This document shows, piece by piece, positions 20,713 to 30,992 of a DNA stretch of 64,000 nucleotides. Both the position numbers and the translations under genes were made by a program. How positions within the stretch are numbered: the stretch's first letter is position 1; each line of letters opens with the position of its first letter. Under the pieces are notes generated by a model that was not told the DNA's origin, made no database searches, and saw only the letters and a list, made by a program, of their open reading frames with translations. The stretch is from assembly GCA_964202905.1 (NCBI GenBank), contig CAXNJO010000003.1:448001-512000 (forward strand), in the 5' to 3' direction. Source of the DNA: Polyangiales bacterium. GTDB taxonomy: Bacteria > Myxococcota_A > Polyangia > Polyangiales > JADJQN01.

Positions 20713-22551
20713 TCAGCGCCGGCGGCGGCGCCGGACGGCGAGCAGCGCGAGGACCGCGACGGCAGAGAGCACGGGGGCCGCCCCGCCGCGACCACCCGCC
20801 GGGATGCGGCAGCCGCAGCCATCGTCGTCGGCCGGGGGCGCACCGCCCGCGGCGGCCGGCGTGAGGCAGATGCCCGCGGTGCCATCGCCGAAGCGCACGC
20901 ACGCGTCACCCGCGCCGCAGGGGCTGTCGAGATCGCAGAAGCGCGTGCACAGGCCGTTGCCGAGCTCGCACAGGCCGGAGACGCACGCTTCGTTCGCGGT
21001 GCAGGGCTCGCCGAGCAGCCCGAGCGCGGGCGCGCAGACGCTGAGGTCGGGCCCGACCGGGTCGCACGTGAAGCCCGTCGGGCACTCGCCCGCGGCCGCG
21101 CACGTCACCGTGCACCAGCGCTCCGTGCCGCGCTGCGCGCAGACGGCGGGCGCCGCGCAGTCCTCGTTCGAGAGGCAGGGCCCGCCCGCGGGCTCGGCGG
21201 CCCCGCGGTGACAGAGCCCGTCCGCGAGGCAGCGGAAACCCGTGCCGCAGGCGGCGTCGTCGGCGCAGCCGCGCGAGCAGTGCGAGAGCGTGCCGACCGT
21301 GAGGCAGCGCGCGGAGAGACACTCGGCGTCGGACGCACAGGGCTCGCCGAGGCCGCGGGTGCTCGCGACGATCGCGGCCGGCACGCACGCGCCGCACGCG
21401 CCGGCGGCGGCCGCGCACGCCTCGCCGGTGACGCAGCCGCCCGTGTCTCCGCGGCAGGGCGCGAGACAGCGGCGGCGCCCGTCGCCCGGGTCGACGCAGG
21501 CGAGCGTGCCGCAGTCGGTGTCGGCGGTGCAGGGCGCGTCGTAGGGCGTCGTGCCCGCGGTCCCGGGCACGCAGCGCCCGTCGCAGCCCGCGGCGCCCGA
21601 GCAGTAGAGCCCCGGCGGGCAGCCGAGGTACGGCGTCACAGGGTCGCACGCCTGCGTGCAGATCTGGCCCGCGCTCGTCGCGTCGCAGAGGCCACCCACA
21701 CACGTCTCGCTCGCGGTGCAGGCGCTGCCGATCGGGGTGCAGCCCTCGTCGACGTCGCCGTCGCAATCGTTGTCGTCGCCGTCGCAGACCTCGTCGCCCG
21801 TCGGCACGCAGGAGCCGCTGTCGGTGATCGCCTGATCGATGAGGTCGAGGTACGGGTAGATCGCCGCGTACGCGCCCGGCGCGGTGCCGCAGCGGGGCGC
21901 GGTGCGGCCGTCCGGGCTGTAGATGAACGACGCGACGCCGTGCACCAGCCCGGCCGAGTCGAGGAGCGGGCCGCCCGAGTCGCCCGAGCACACGGACGGA
22001 TCGACGAAGATGAAGTTGCCCATCACGTACTCGACCGTGGTCGAGACGCGGTACTTCGTGCCGCTCGAGCCGTCGGGCAGCTCGCCGTAGCCGATGGCGG
22101 TGATCGTCTGGCCCGTCAGCCGGAAGGGACGCTCGCGCGAGTAGGCGATGGGCGCCTCACGCGCCGGCGTCGAGAGGATGAGGAGCGCGACGTCCGAGCC
22201 GTCCTCGATGTCCCACGAGCCGGGCGCGACGCGCACCTCCGACACGTTGTACATCGAGGAAAACGCGCGTGTGGAGCTGCCGACGTACACCTGGAAGCGC
22301 GACGCGGGCGAGGCCGAGTTCGTGTTCCCGTTGCGGACGCAGTGTTTGGCGGTGAGCACGACGCGCGGCGCGACGATCGACGCGGTGCACGCAGAGCCGC
22401 TGGTGTTGTAGAGAAACACGACGCTCGGATAGCCGGCCTCGCGCACGCCGGCCGCAATCGGCGCACGCGACGCGGAGAACCCCTCGCCCGCACCGTCGAA
22501 CGCGCAGCCCGCGAGGGCCGCGGCCGCGAGAGACACGGCGGCGAGCATCAT
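20713..22551 (-). CDS. Trypsin-like (S1) serine protease lipoprotein with Cys-rich repeats and MYXO-CTERM-like tail
   Basis: LAGC lipobox, LTAKHC, DVAL, GDSGGP triad; EVCDGDDNDCDGDVDEG motif; GCGC-TM-RRRRRR C-terminus. Confidence 0.88.
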   Translation of the reverse strand: MMLAAVSLAAAALAGCAFDGAGEGFSASRAPIAAGVREAGYPSVVFLYNTSGSACTASIVAPRVVLTAKHCVRNGNTNSASPASRFQVYVGSSTRAFSSMYNVSEVRVAPGSWDIEDGSDVALLILSTPAREAPIAYSRERPFRLTGQTITAIGYGELPDGSSGTKYRVSTTVEYVMGNFIFVDPSVCSGDSGGPLLDSAGLVHGVASFIYSPDGRTAPRCGTAPGAYAAIYPYLDLIDQAITDSGSCVPTGDEVCDGDDNDCDGDVDEGCTPIGSACTASETCVGGLCDATSAGQICTQACDPVTPYLGCPPGLYCSGAAGCDGRCVPGTAGTTPYDAPCTADTDCGTLACVDPGDGRRRCLAPCRGDTGGCVTGEACAAAAGACGACVPAAIVASTRGLGEPCASDAECLSARCLTVGTLSHCSRGCADDAACGTGFRCLADGLCHRGAAEPAGGPCLSNEDCAAPAVCAQRGTERWCTVTCAAAGECPTGFTCDPVGPDLSVCAPALGLLGEPCTANEACVSGLCELGNGLCTRFCDLDSPCGAGDACVRFGDGTAGICLTPAAAGGAPPADDDGCGCRIPAGGRGGAAPVLSAVAVLALLAVRRRRRR

Positions 22552-22670
22552 GGCCGCACGGAGGCACGCCCCGGGGGAACCCGCTGCGTGCATGCCGGGG
22601 GCGCGCGGACGGGGCGTGCGCGACGACGCGGCGCGCGAGGGCTGCGGCGCGCAGCGGAGGCGCAGGACGC

Positions 22671-24548
22671 TCACCGCGCGCTCCGGCGGCGACGCTGGGA
22701 CGCGAGCGCGCAGAGGCCGACGAGCGCGGCGAAGGCGAGCCCGCCGCGCGAGGAAGGAAGGCCGGGCGCGGCGCTGCAACCGCCGTCGGCCTCCGGGCTG
22801 GGCGCGGCGGTGGGGCGCTCGCAGAACGCGCCCGCTCCGTCCGGCGTGCGGCGGCACTCGACGCCGACGCCGCAGGGCGTGTCCACGCTGCACGTGCGCG
22901 TGCACTCGCCCGCGCGGCACAGCCCGCTGAGGCACTCGGCGTCCGCGGCGCACGACTCGCCGAGCAGGCGCACCATCGGGCGGCAGAGCGTCGCGTCGCC
23001 CACGGGGACGCAGTCGAAGCCGGCCGGGCAGGCGTTCATCGGGTCCGCGCAGTTCAGCTGCGTGCACCAGCTGCGCCCCGCTTCCGACGCGCAGACCATG
23101 CCCTCGCGGCAATCGTCGTTGGCGGCCGGCGCGCACGTCGTGCCCGTGCCCTCGCGCTCGCCGCGCACGCACGCGTCCGCGCGGCAGTGGTAGGCGGAGG
23201 GGCAGTCCGCGTCGCTCGCGCAGGTGCGCGTGCAGTAGCGGGCTCCGAGGTCGTCGAAGCAGCGGCCCGAAGCGCACGCGGCGGCGCCCGTGCAGCCCTC
23301 GCCGAGCCCGCGCGGGATGACCAGCTGGCGCTGATCCACGCACGCCGCGCAGCCGCCGGCGGCCGCGGCGCAGGCCTCGCCCGCGGGGCACATCCCGTCG
23401 TCGGCGCGGCACGGATCGAGGCAGCGACGGTTGCCGTCGCCGGGGTCGCTGCAGAGCAGCGAGGCGCACTCGGTGTTGGTCGTGCATGTCGCGCCGTTCG
23501 ACTTCGCGACCTCGGGCGCGGGCCCGACGCCGGGCACGCAGAAGCCCTCGCAGCCGCCCGTCGGGTCCGCCGAGCAGTACATCCCCGAGGGACAGCCCGC
23601 GTAGGGGCGCAGCGGATCGCAGGTCTGCGTGCAGACCCGCCCGATCACCGTGGCCGCGCAGTTCGTGCCCTGGCACTGGTCGCTCGCGACGCACACGGCG
23701 CCGAGGGGCAGACAGCCCTCGTCGATCATGCCGTTGCAGTCGTTGTCGGCGCCGTCGCAGACCTCGAGGCCGTCGTTGCGGCAGGTGCCCGCCTCGTCGA
23801 GCGCCGCGTCGATGAGCGCGAGCGACATCGGGAACGAGATGGTGTTGTGGCCGTTGTAGCCGCTGCCGCACGCGCCCGTCCCGAAGGACGCGACACCGAA
23901 GACGCGCCCCATGGCGTCGATCATCGGGCCGCCGGAGTCACCCTGGCAGATCGCCGAGGCCGAGTAGATGACGTCGCCCGCGAGCCCGGTGACCGTGGTC
24001 ATGCCGCGGTACTTCGTGCCCGCATCGCCCGAGGGCAGCTGCCCGAAGCCGACGACCGTGACGCGGTCGCCGCCCGCGTCGGACGGGCGCTCGCGCCGGA
24101 TCGGCAGCGGCTCGACGCCCGCCACCGCGCGCTCGAGGGTCAGCACCGCGACGTCGCTGCCGGTGAGGCCGCGGAGGCCCTCGCTGTAACTCCCTGGCGG
24201 CGTGCGCACCGTGATGACGCGGTAGGAGGCCATCGGGCGCAGCGCGGAGGGCCCGATGCCGACCGAGAACGCCGACGGCGGGGACGCCGCAGCGGCCCCT
24301 TCCTCCTGCACGCAATGCTTCGCGGTGAGGACGACGCGCGGCGCGATGAGCGACCCCGTGCACAGCCCGCCGAGCGTGCGGTTGAGCACCGAGACGACGG
24401 CGTCGTAGCCCGGCTCGTACGCGCCGCCCGCGATGGCCCCGCCGCTGCCAGCGACCGGCTCGCCGAGCTCCGCGGCGCAGGCACCGAGCGAGAGCACGAA
24501 CAGCAGCGAAAAGAAAAGGGAAGATGGACGAACGGTCAAGCGCGACAC
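22671..24548 (-). CDS. Trypsin-like (S1) serine protease paralog with Cys-rich repeats and MYXO-CTERM-like tail
   Basis: LGAC, LTAKHC, DVAV, CQGDSGGP; EVCDGADNDCNGMIDEG; GGCS-TM-RRRR tail. Confidence 0.88.
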   Translation of the reverse strand: MSRLTVRPSSLFFSLLFVLSLGACAAELGEPVAGSGGAIAGGAYEPGYDAVVSVLNRTLGGLCTGSLIAPRVVLTAKHCVQEEGAAAASPPSAFSVGIGPSALRPMASYRVITVRTPPGSYSEGLRGLTGSDVAVLTLERAVAGVEPLPIRRERPSDAGGDRVTVVGFGQLPSGDAGTKYRGMTTVTGLAGDVIYSASAICQGDSGGPMIDAMGRVFGVASFGTGACGSGYNGHNTISFPMSLALIDAALDEAGTCRNDGLEVCDGADNDCNGMIDEGCLPLGAVCVASDQCQGTNCAATVIGRVCTQTCDPLRPYAGCPSGMYCSADPTGGCEGFCVPGVGPAPEVAKSNGATCTTNTECASLLCSDPGDGNRRCLDPCRADDGMCPAGEACAAAAGGCAACVDQRQLVIPRGLGEGCTGAAACASGRCFDDLGARYCTRTCASDADCPSAYHCRADACVRGEREGTGTTCAPAANDDCREGMVCASEAGRSWCTQLNCADPMNACPAGFDCVPVGDATLCRPMVRLLGESCAADAECLSGLCRAGECTRTCSVDTPCGVGVECRRTPDGAGAFCERPTAAPSPEADGGCSAAPGLPSSRGGLAFAALVGLCALASQRRRRSAR

Positions 24549-24805
24549 GACGACGCCTCCAGCGGGGCGCCGGAGGTCGGCGCCGGGAGACGCTACACCC
24601 GCGCAGAGAAGCGCCGCAAGCTGGCGAATGGCCGCGGCGCGGGTGCCGCGCGTGCGTCGAAAGGCCGCGGCAGCCCGGCAGCGGGCCCCCCGCAGTCCAC
24701 GCCCCGTGCCATGACATCACGGGCACGACGCCTCGGCCACGGCGCCACGGCCACGACCTCGCGGTGCGGGCACAGGACGCCGCGCGGGCGCAGAGACGCC
24801 GCGCG

Positions 24806-27800
24806 CTACGCCGAGGCGAGGACGCCGCTGCGCCGACGTTCCATCGCCGCGCGCTCCCAACGCTCGCGGGCCTCGGCGTCGCCGGCGCGCGCCGCGAGCG
24901 AGGCGGCCTCGCGGTAGCGCGACGCGGCCTGCGCGGTGCGGCCCGAGAGTTCGTCGACCGAGGCGAGCGTGCCCAGCGCCGACGCGACGACCGCAGGCGC
25001 GTCGGCCTCGACGCCGAGCCGCGCGGCGCGCTCGAGGTGGGCGTTGGCGTGCTCGAGCTCGCCGAGGTCGAGGAGCACCTCTGCGAGCTCCACGAGCGCC
25101 GAGGCCTGCCGCGCGAGGGGCGCGTTCGCCTGGGCGAGCAGCTCCACCGCGCGACGGTGCGCCCCTGCCGCGCCGCGCTCGTCGCCCTCCTCGCGCCGGA
25201 CGCGGCCGAGCGCGGCCTGCACCTCCGCGGCGACGCGCAGATCCGCGTGCCGCGTGGCGAGATCGAGCGCCTCGCCGAGGAGCCGCACCGCGTCGCGATG
25301 GCGCTGCCGCCGCGCCGCGACGCGACCGAGGACGAGCAGCATCCGAGCGCGCTCGAGGCCGTCGCGCGGCGTGAGATCGAGGGCCTCGCGCACGACGCCG
25401 TCCGCGCCCGCGCTGTCGCCGCTGAGGTCGAGCGCGTCGCCGAGTTTGCGGCTGAACGTCGCGATCGCGCGGTCGAGCGTGGTGTCGCCCGTCTCGAGCA
25501 GCGTGCGCCGCGCGAGGTCGAGGCCGCGGCGCAGCGCGAGCACGGCCGTCGCGGCATCGCCGCGGGCGAGCGCGCGATCGCCCATGCGCTCGAGCAGGAC
25601 GAGCGCGCCGACCAGCTCCCCGGCGCGGTAGGCGTGCTCGGCCCGCACCTCGAGCGGCGCCTCGGCCTCGATCGCGAGCTCGAGCGCCCGCTCGTGGAGC
25701 CGCCGCCGCGCCTCCGCGGGGACGGACATCGCGACGAGGTCGCGGACGAAGAGGCTGCAGATCCCGAGGGAGTCGCCCTCGAGCCGCACGAGGCCGCTCG
25801 TACAAAGCGCCTCGAGGCCGACCCGATCGCGCTCGTCGACCATCGCGCGGACCATCGCGACCGGAGCGCGCTCGCCGAGCACCGCGGCGGCCTGCAGCAT
25901 CCGGCGCGCGGGCAGCGTGAGCCGCTCGAGGCGCAACAACACGGCGTCAGCGAGCCGCATCGGGAGGCGCACCGCATCGGTCTCGAGCGTGAGACCGAGC
26001 GCGCGCAACTGCTCGAGGTAGAGCGGCAGATACCGGATGTCGCTGGCGTCCGCGGCCGCGGGGACCGGGGTCACGGCGCCGCCTCCGAGGAGCCGCGCCG
26101 CGTCGGAGGGGCCGAGTCCCGCGAGGGCGATCGACGTCGCCCCACGCGCGAGGGCGGGCGGAGCCGGTCGCTGCGAGGCGGTGACGAGGAGCAGCGCGGC
26201 GTCACCGACGAGCCGCGGGAGCTCGGCCAGCACCTCGCGCGAGAGTTCGTCGCACGCGGCGAGGTCGTCGACGAGCAGGACGACGCGCCCCGTTCGCGAG
26301 CGGCCCGCGGCCACGCGCACCGCCGTCGCGAGCATCGCCGCCACCGCCGTGGGCCGCGCCTTGCCGTTTGTTCCCGCGAGCCCCGTGGGCGCGAGCAGCT
26401 CCGCGAGGCCGGCCCGCGTCAGGGCATCGACGAACACCCCGGCGTCACGGCCGACGAGCTGCTGCAGGCGCTCCGGCGCGGCGTCGAGGAGGGTCTCCAC
26501 GAGCGTGCGGATGGGGGCGTAGGGCACGAGCGCACCGCTCGGGTGCGGCCGTCCGAGCGCGACCTGATCGCCCTCCCCCGCAGCGAGCGACGCGACCCAC
26601 GAGAGCAGGCGCGTCTTGCCCACGCCCGCGTCGCCCTGCACGTGCGCCCACACGACCGCGCCGCTGGCTTGCGCCCTCAGCGCCTCGAGCAAGGCGATCT
26701 CCTCCGTGCGCCCGATCGGGACGCCGCATCGGGCCGAGGCCTCGCTGCGGGTCGCGGGCAGCGGCGTGTGCTGCGCGGACACGAAGACGACCGTGAGTCG
26801 GGCGCCGCACTCCGCGCAGAAGCGGCTCATGACGGGGCTCGGCTGGCCGCAGGTGGAACACGGAGCCTCGAGCCCCGGCGCCAGCGCGCGCTGGGAGCCG
26901 AGCGCGCGCTGGAGCGCTTCGGCCATCGCCTCGGCGCTCTGGAAACGCTCGTCCGGAACCTTCGCCATCGCCCGCATGCACACCGACGCGAGCGCCGCCG
27001 GGATGTCGCGCGAGGGCGCGACGGCGCGCGGATCCGGCACCGGATCCGTCATGTGCCTGAGCACGACTTTCGTGGGCGTGTCGTCCACGTACGGGAGGCG
27101 GTCGGCCAACAGTTCGAAGAGCAGCACGCCGACCGAATAAAGGTCACCGCGGCCGTCGGTCTCCTCGCCACGTCCCTGCTCGGGGGACATGTAGTCCGGC
27201 GTCCCGCACACGAGGCCCGGCGAGGTGATCGACGAGCTGCGCGAGTTGCCCATGAGCTTCGCGAGGCCGAAGTCCACGACCTTGACGGAATCCGCACCCT
27301 TGCGCCCCGGCTCGAGGAGCACGTTCTCCGGCTTGAGGTCGCGGTGGACGACGTCGAGCGAGTGCGCCTCCCCGAGCGCCGCGAGCACGCCGCAGAGGAT
27401 GTCGACGATCCGCGGGAAGGGGAGCGGCCCCTCCTCGTGCATGACGCGGGCGAGGTCCTTGCCGCGCAGGTACTCCATCACGAGGTAGAGGACGCCGTCT
27501 TCCGTCCGCCCGAAGTCGATGACCCCGACGGAGTTCGGATGGTTGAGACGGCTCGCGGTGCGGGCCTCGGAGTAGAAGCGTGCCACCGACTGCTCGTCAC
27601 CGAGCAGGTGCGGGTGCACGACCTTGATGGCCACCGTGCGGCCGAGCATGCTCTGCTCCGCGCGGTAGACGCGCCCCATGCCGCCGACGCCGACCAGCTC
27701 GAGGACGACGTACGCGCCACCGATCGTCCGCCCGATCAGCGCGTCCTGGGGGGTAGCGCCGCCAACCGGGTACGCGCTGCCGCACCGAGCGCAGAAGCGA

Positions 27801-27856
27801 TCGGCGTCACCCATGCCCTCCCCGCACCGTTGGCACGCACGCACGCGTCCGTCCAT
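24806..27856 (-). CDS. Ser/Thr protein kinase with zinc ribbons, AAA/P-loop domain and TPR repeats
   Basis: CQRC..FCARCG, GVGGMG, VAIK, HRDLKPEN, DFGLAK, GTPDYMSPEQ, second CSTC..FCAECG, Walker A GDAGVGKT, helical repeats. Confidence 0.92.
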   Translation of the reverse strand: MDGRVRACQRCGEGMGDADRFCARCGSAYPVGGATPQDALIGRTIGGAYVVLELVGVGGMGRVYRAEQSMLGRTVAIKVVHPHLLGDEQSVARFYSEARTASRLNHPNSVGVIDFGRTEDGVLYLVMEYLRGKDLARVMHEEGPLPFPRIVDILCGVLAALGEAHSLDVVHRDLKPENVLLEPGRKGADSVKVVDFGLAKLMGNSRSSSITSPGLVCGTPDYMSPEQGRGEETDGRGDLYSVGVLLFELLADRLPYVDDTPTKVVLRHMTDPVPDPRAVAPSRDIPAALASVCMRAMAKVPDERFQSAEAMAEALQRALGSQRALAPGLEAPCSTCGQPSPVMSRFCAECGARLTVVFVSAQHTPLPATRSEASARCGVPIGRTEEIALLEALRAQASGAVVWAHVQGDAGVGKTRLLSWVASLAAGEGDQVALGRPHPSGALVPYAPIRTLVETLLDAAPERLQQLVGRDAGVFVDALTRAGLAELLAPTGLAGTNGKARPTAVAAMLATAVRVAAGRSRTGRVVLLVDDLAACDELSREVLAELPRLVGDAALLLVTASQRPAPPALARGATSIALAGLGPSDAARLLGGGAVTPVPAAADASDIRYLPLYLEQLRALGLTLETDAVRLPMRLADAVLLRLERLTLPARRMLQAAAVLGERAPVAMVRAMVDERDRVGLEALCTSGLVRLEGDSLGICSLFVRDLVAMSVPAEARRRLHERALELAIEAEAPLEVRAEHAYRAGELVGALVLLERMGDRALARGDAATAVLALRRGLDLARRTLLETGDTTLDRAIATFSRKLGDALDLSGDSAGADGVVREALDLTPRDGLERARMLLVLGRVAARRQRHRDAVRLLGEALDLATRHADLRVAAEVQAALGRVRREEGDERGAAGAHRRAVELLAQANAPLARQASALVELAEVLLDLGELEHANAHLERAARLGVEADAPAVVASALGTLASVDELSGRTAQAASRYREAASLAARAGDAEARERWERAAMERRRSGVLASA

Positions 27857-27985
27857 ACGGCCCCCAGCCGGAGAACTTGAGGCTCCCCGCGAGAGGTCGC
27901 CGCAGGTCGGCCGTGCGCAAGCGGGGCGGCGGTGAGCGCAGCGGACACGAAGCGGCCCGCACGCCTCGCGGACGCCGGCAACGGA

Positions 27986-28732
27986 ATGCCCCCGGATGGG
28001 GACACGACCCGCCGCGACGTGACACGGATCGCGCTGCTCGGACTCAACGCGTGGGCGGTCGCGCTCGCGATCCCCGTCCTGCACGCGGCGGGCGGATCGA
28101 CGGCGGCGCGGGTCGCCGCGCTCCTCGGCCCCCTCGTCGCGCTGGCGCTCGGGGTGCTCGCGCTCCGCGGTGGCCACCGCGCGGCGCCGAGCGCGCTGCT
28201 CGTCGGCTTCCCGACCGCGCTCGCGCTCGCGCTCGGCACCCGCGCGGAGCTGCACGGCGCGGACGGCCACACCCCGCTCACGCTCGTCGCGGCGACGCTG
28301 AGCTTCGTCGCGTGGGGCGCCGCGGCCGCGCGCGCGGTGGGACGGCCGCCCCGCACGCGCGTCGCGACCCGCGAGCCGCTCGGACCGCGCGCCGAAGCGG
28401 TCCCAGGGAGTGGACGTCGGACGGCCGCTCGCCGGGCGCTCCTCGGGATCACGGCGCTCGGTGCGCTCGCGATCGTGTCCGTCGCCCCGACCCTGACCGG
28501 TGGCGGGGACGCCGAGCGTGCCTGGGGCGACGCCGCGGCCGAGGGCGCGCTGCTCGCCACGGTGACGGGGGGCGCCCTCGCGACGCTCGTGCTCGCGCTC
28601 TTCGTCGGGCCGGCCCTGCGCGCGCCGCGTGGACCGCGCGGCACCCGACCCTCGCTGCTCCGCGCCGGGCTCGCGGTCGTCGCCTTCGCGACGGGGATCG
28701 CGGCGTGGGTCGTCTACGCGCGGTTGCGCTGA
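27986..28732 (+). CDS. Hypothetical integral membrane protein (about 7 TM)
   Basis: Multiple hydrophobic segments, GC-type codon usage; alternative start 27932. Confidence 0.7.
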   Translation: MPPDGDTTRRDVTRIALLGLNAWAVALAIPVLHAAGGSTAARVAALLGPLVALALGVLALRGGHRAAPSALLVGFPTALALALGTRAELHGADGHTPLTLVAATLSFVAWGAAAARAVGRPPRTRVATREPLGPRAEAVPGSGRRTAARRALLGITALGALAIVSVAPTLTGGGDAERAWGDAAAEGALLATVTGGALATLVLALFVGPALRAPRGPRGTRPSLLRAGLAVVAFATGIAAWVVYARLR

Positions 28733-28823
28733 CGCCGCGTCCCGGGGCGCGCCACGGCGGGAAGCGCCGGCCGCCCGCCTCGGGGGAGCGCGCGCCCGAA
28801 AAGCCCGTGGAGCACGGGGGCTG

Positions 28824-30896
28824 CTAGCGCGCTTCGTCGAGGCGCCGGAGCCCCTCGAGGAGGAGGGTCTCCGCGGAGGCGTGGATCGTGCGGGCCGTCG
28901 GCTTCACGTCGGGGTCGAGCGCGAACTCGCCGCCCGTCAGCGACAGCATCTTGTAGAAGGCCTCGTCGCCGCGATCCTGCCCGAACATCGCGTGGTGGAT
29001 CTGCCCCTCGAGGAACTGCACCTCCCCCGACTGCCCCTTCGCGCTGACGCGCAACTGGCCGGATTTGCGGCCGTACGCGAGGATCTGCACGACGTCGGGC
29101 AGCGACATCTCGGTGAGGCTGCCGCTGACGCCCCGGCTGGTGCTCGGCTTGGACGCGCCCTTCGCGGCGGCGGCCTCGAGGATCTGGCGCGCCTTGGCGA
29201 CGATCACGTCGGCGCTCGTCGGCTTCACGAGGTAGTCGGCCGACCCGAGCGCGAAGCCGCGCTGGATGCTCTCGCGATCCGACCGGCGGGTGAGGAAGAC
29301 CACCGGCACGGCGGACGTCTTCTGGAAGCTGCGCATCTGCTCGAGCAGCGTGAAACCATCATAGGGGGTGAGGTCGACCTCCGAGAGGACGAGGTCGACG
29401 TCCTGCGCCTCGAGGAGCTTGCGCGCGTCGGCGGCGTTCCGCGCGATCAGCGTGTCGTAGCCCTGCTCGATGAGCCGCAGCTCGAGGACGGTGGTGTCCT
29501 CCGGGTCGGCGTCCACGATGAGGACGCGGCCATGCCCCTCGAGACGGCGGCGCAGGTCGTCGCCGAGCACGACCGAGGCGAAGAGGTCGACGAGGTTCGG
29601 ATCGAAGATCGTGCCGCGCTTCTGGGCGAGCGCGTCGCAGCCCTCCTTGGCCGAGAGCTTGCGTCGGTAGGGGTTGCGCGCGCTCTGGACGAGGTCGGCG
29701 TACGTCTCGACGATCGCGAGCAGGCGCGCGCCGATCGGGATCTCCTTCCCGGAGAGGCGGTCGGGGAAGCCGGCTCCGTCGAAGCGCTCGTAGAGGCTCG
29801 TCAGCGTGCGCGTGCAGGACTCCGGCAGCGCGGTCGCCTCGAAGAGCTTGAGCGGCGCGGTGTGGGTCTTCTGCGCCTGCACGCGGTGGCCGTCGTACTC
29901 GGCGACGTTGAGCGCCGTGAGGTGGAAGCTCGACGCCTTGCCGACGTCGTGGATGTACGCCGCCGCGAGGATGCCGGTCACGTCGCGCTCGGGCAGGCCG
30001 ATGCGCTCGCAGAGGCGGCGCATCATCCGCGCGACCTGCGCAGAGTGACCGCGGAGGTCCGTGCGCCCGTTCTCGAGGAGCGCGACGAGCACGTTCAGCG
30101 TCTCGAGCCAGTCCTTCGCTTGCACCCCCGCGTCGAGGCTGCCGGTGCGCCCGGTGCCCGCGTCGACGCCGGTGGCGCTGGTGACCTTCTGGAGGTTGCG
30201 CCGCTCGCCCTCCGGGTCGAGCCGGAGGACGATGTTCGGGCTGCGCGACGTGGCGACCGCCGGCGTGTAGCCGGGCGTCACCGGCACGACCTCCGCGCGG
30301 CCCGGCGTGAGGGTCAGATCGAGCCGCGCGAGCTCCCCGCCGAGCGGATCGTCGTCGAGACGCGCCGGGCCGGACGGGTACTCGATGGTGCCGCGCTCGA
30401 GCCGCGCGAAGGCGTGCGGGTCGCCGTCGTAGAACTTGTGGATGGCCGCGCGGATGGCCCCCGGGCGGCCGGCGTAGAGCTTGATCTCGCGCGCCCCGGT
30501 CGCGACCTGCACCTGCCGGACGAGGTCGTCGTCGTCGAGGTCCGCGGCGACGACGCTGAGCGACTGCGTCCGCCTGTCGAAGAGGATCGGGAAGACGAGG
30601 AGCTTCTCCGCGACCCGGCGCGGCAGCCACTCGAGCGTGGTGCGGTCGATGTCCGCCCGGGAGAGCTTCTTCGTCGAGACGAAGCGCGTCTTGTAGGTGG
30701 CGGCCGCCCACTCGAGGAAGGCCTCTTCCCCCATGATGCCCGTCTCGATCAACGCCTCGTCCGCGCGGTCGCCGGAGCGGTGCGCGGCCGTGACGACGCT
30801 GTCACGCTGACCAGGCGTGATGCGTCGATCCTGCACCAGGCGGTCGAGGACACGCTGGCCTTGCGGGGGTGGGCGGGCCACTGGACGCGCGAGCAT
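28824..30896 (-). CDS. GSPII_N(MshEN-like)-HD-GYP-REC-DUF4388 signalling protein
   Basis: PilB N-terminal-like region, HSAQVA/HDVGK/ERFDGAGFP/GKEIPIGAR, receiver domain (ADYLVKP), GSLTEMSLPDVVQIL..KSG. Confidence 0.82.
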   Translation of the reverse strand: MLARPVARPPPQGQRVLDRLVQDRRITPGQRDSVVTAAHRSGDRADEALIETGIMGEEAFLEWAAATYKTRFVSTKKLSRADIDRTTLEWLPRRVAEKLLVFPILFDRRTQSLSVVAADLDDDDLVRQVQVATGAREIKLYAGRPGAIRAAIHKFYDGDPHAFARLERGTIEYPSGPARLDDDPLGGELARLDLTLTPGRAEVVPVTPGYTPAVATSRSPNIVLRLDPEGERRNLQKVTSATGVDAGTGRTGSLDAGVQAKDWLETLNVLVALLENGRTDLRGHSAQVARMMRRLCERIGLPERDVTGILAAAYIHDVGKASSFHLTALNVAEYDGHRVQAQKTHTAPLKLFEATALPESCTRTLTSLYERFDGAGFPDRLSGKEIPIGARLLAIVETYADLVQSARNPYRRKLSAKEGCDALAQKRGTIFDPNLVDLFASVVLGDDLRRRLEGHGRVLIVDADPEDTTVLELRLIEQGYDTLIARNAADARKLLEAQDVDLVLSEVDLTPYDGFTLLEQMRSFQKTSAVPVVFLTRRSDRESIQRGFALGSADYLVKPTSADVIVAKARQILEAAAAKGASKPSTSRGVSGSLTEMSLPDVVQILAYGRKSGQLRVSAKGQSGEVQFLEGQIHHAMFGQDRGDEAFYKMLSLTGGEFALDPDVKPTARTIHASAETLLLEGLRRLDEAR

Positions 30897-30992
30897 AGCA
30901 GGGCGCACGGGCGGGCGACGGGGTGTTCCGCGACGGCGCGCTCACCGCCCGCGGTTGCCTCGCGCCGGGGCGCTGTCTACCCTTCGCGCGCT

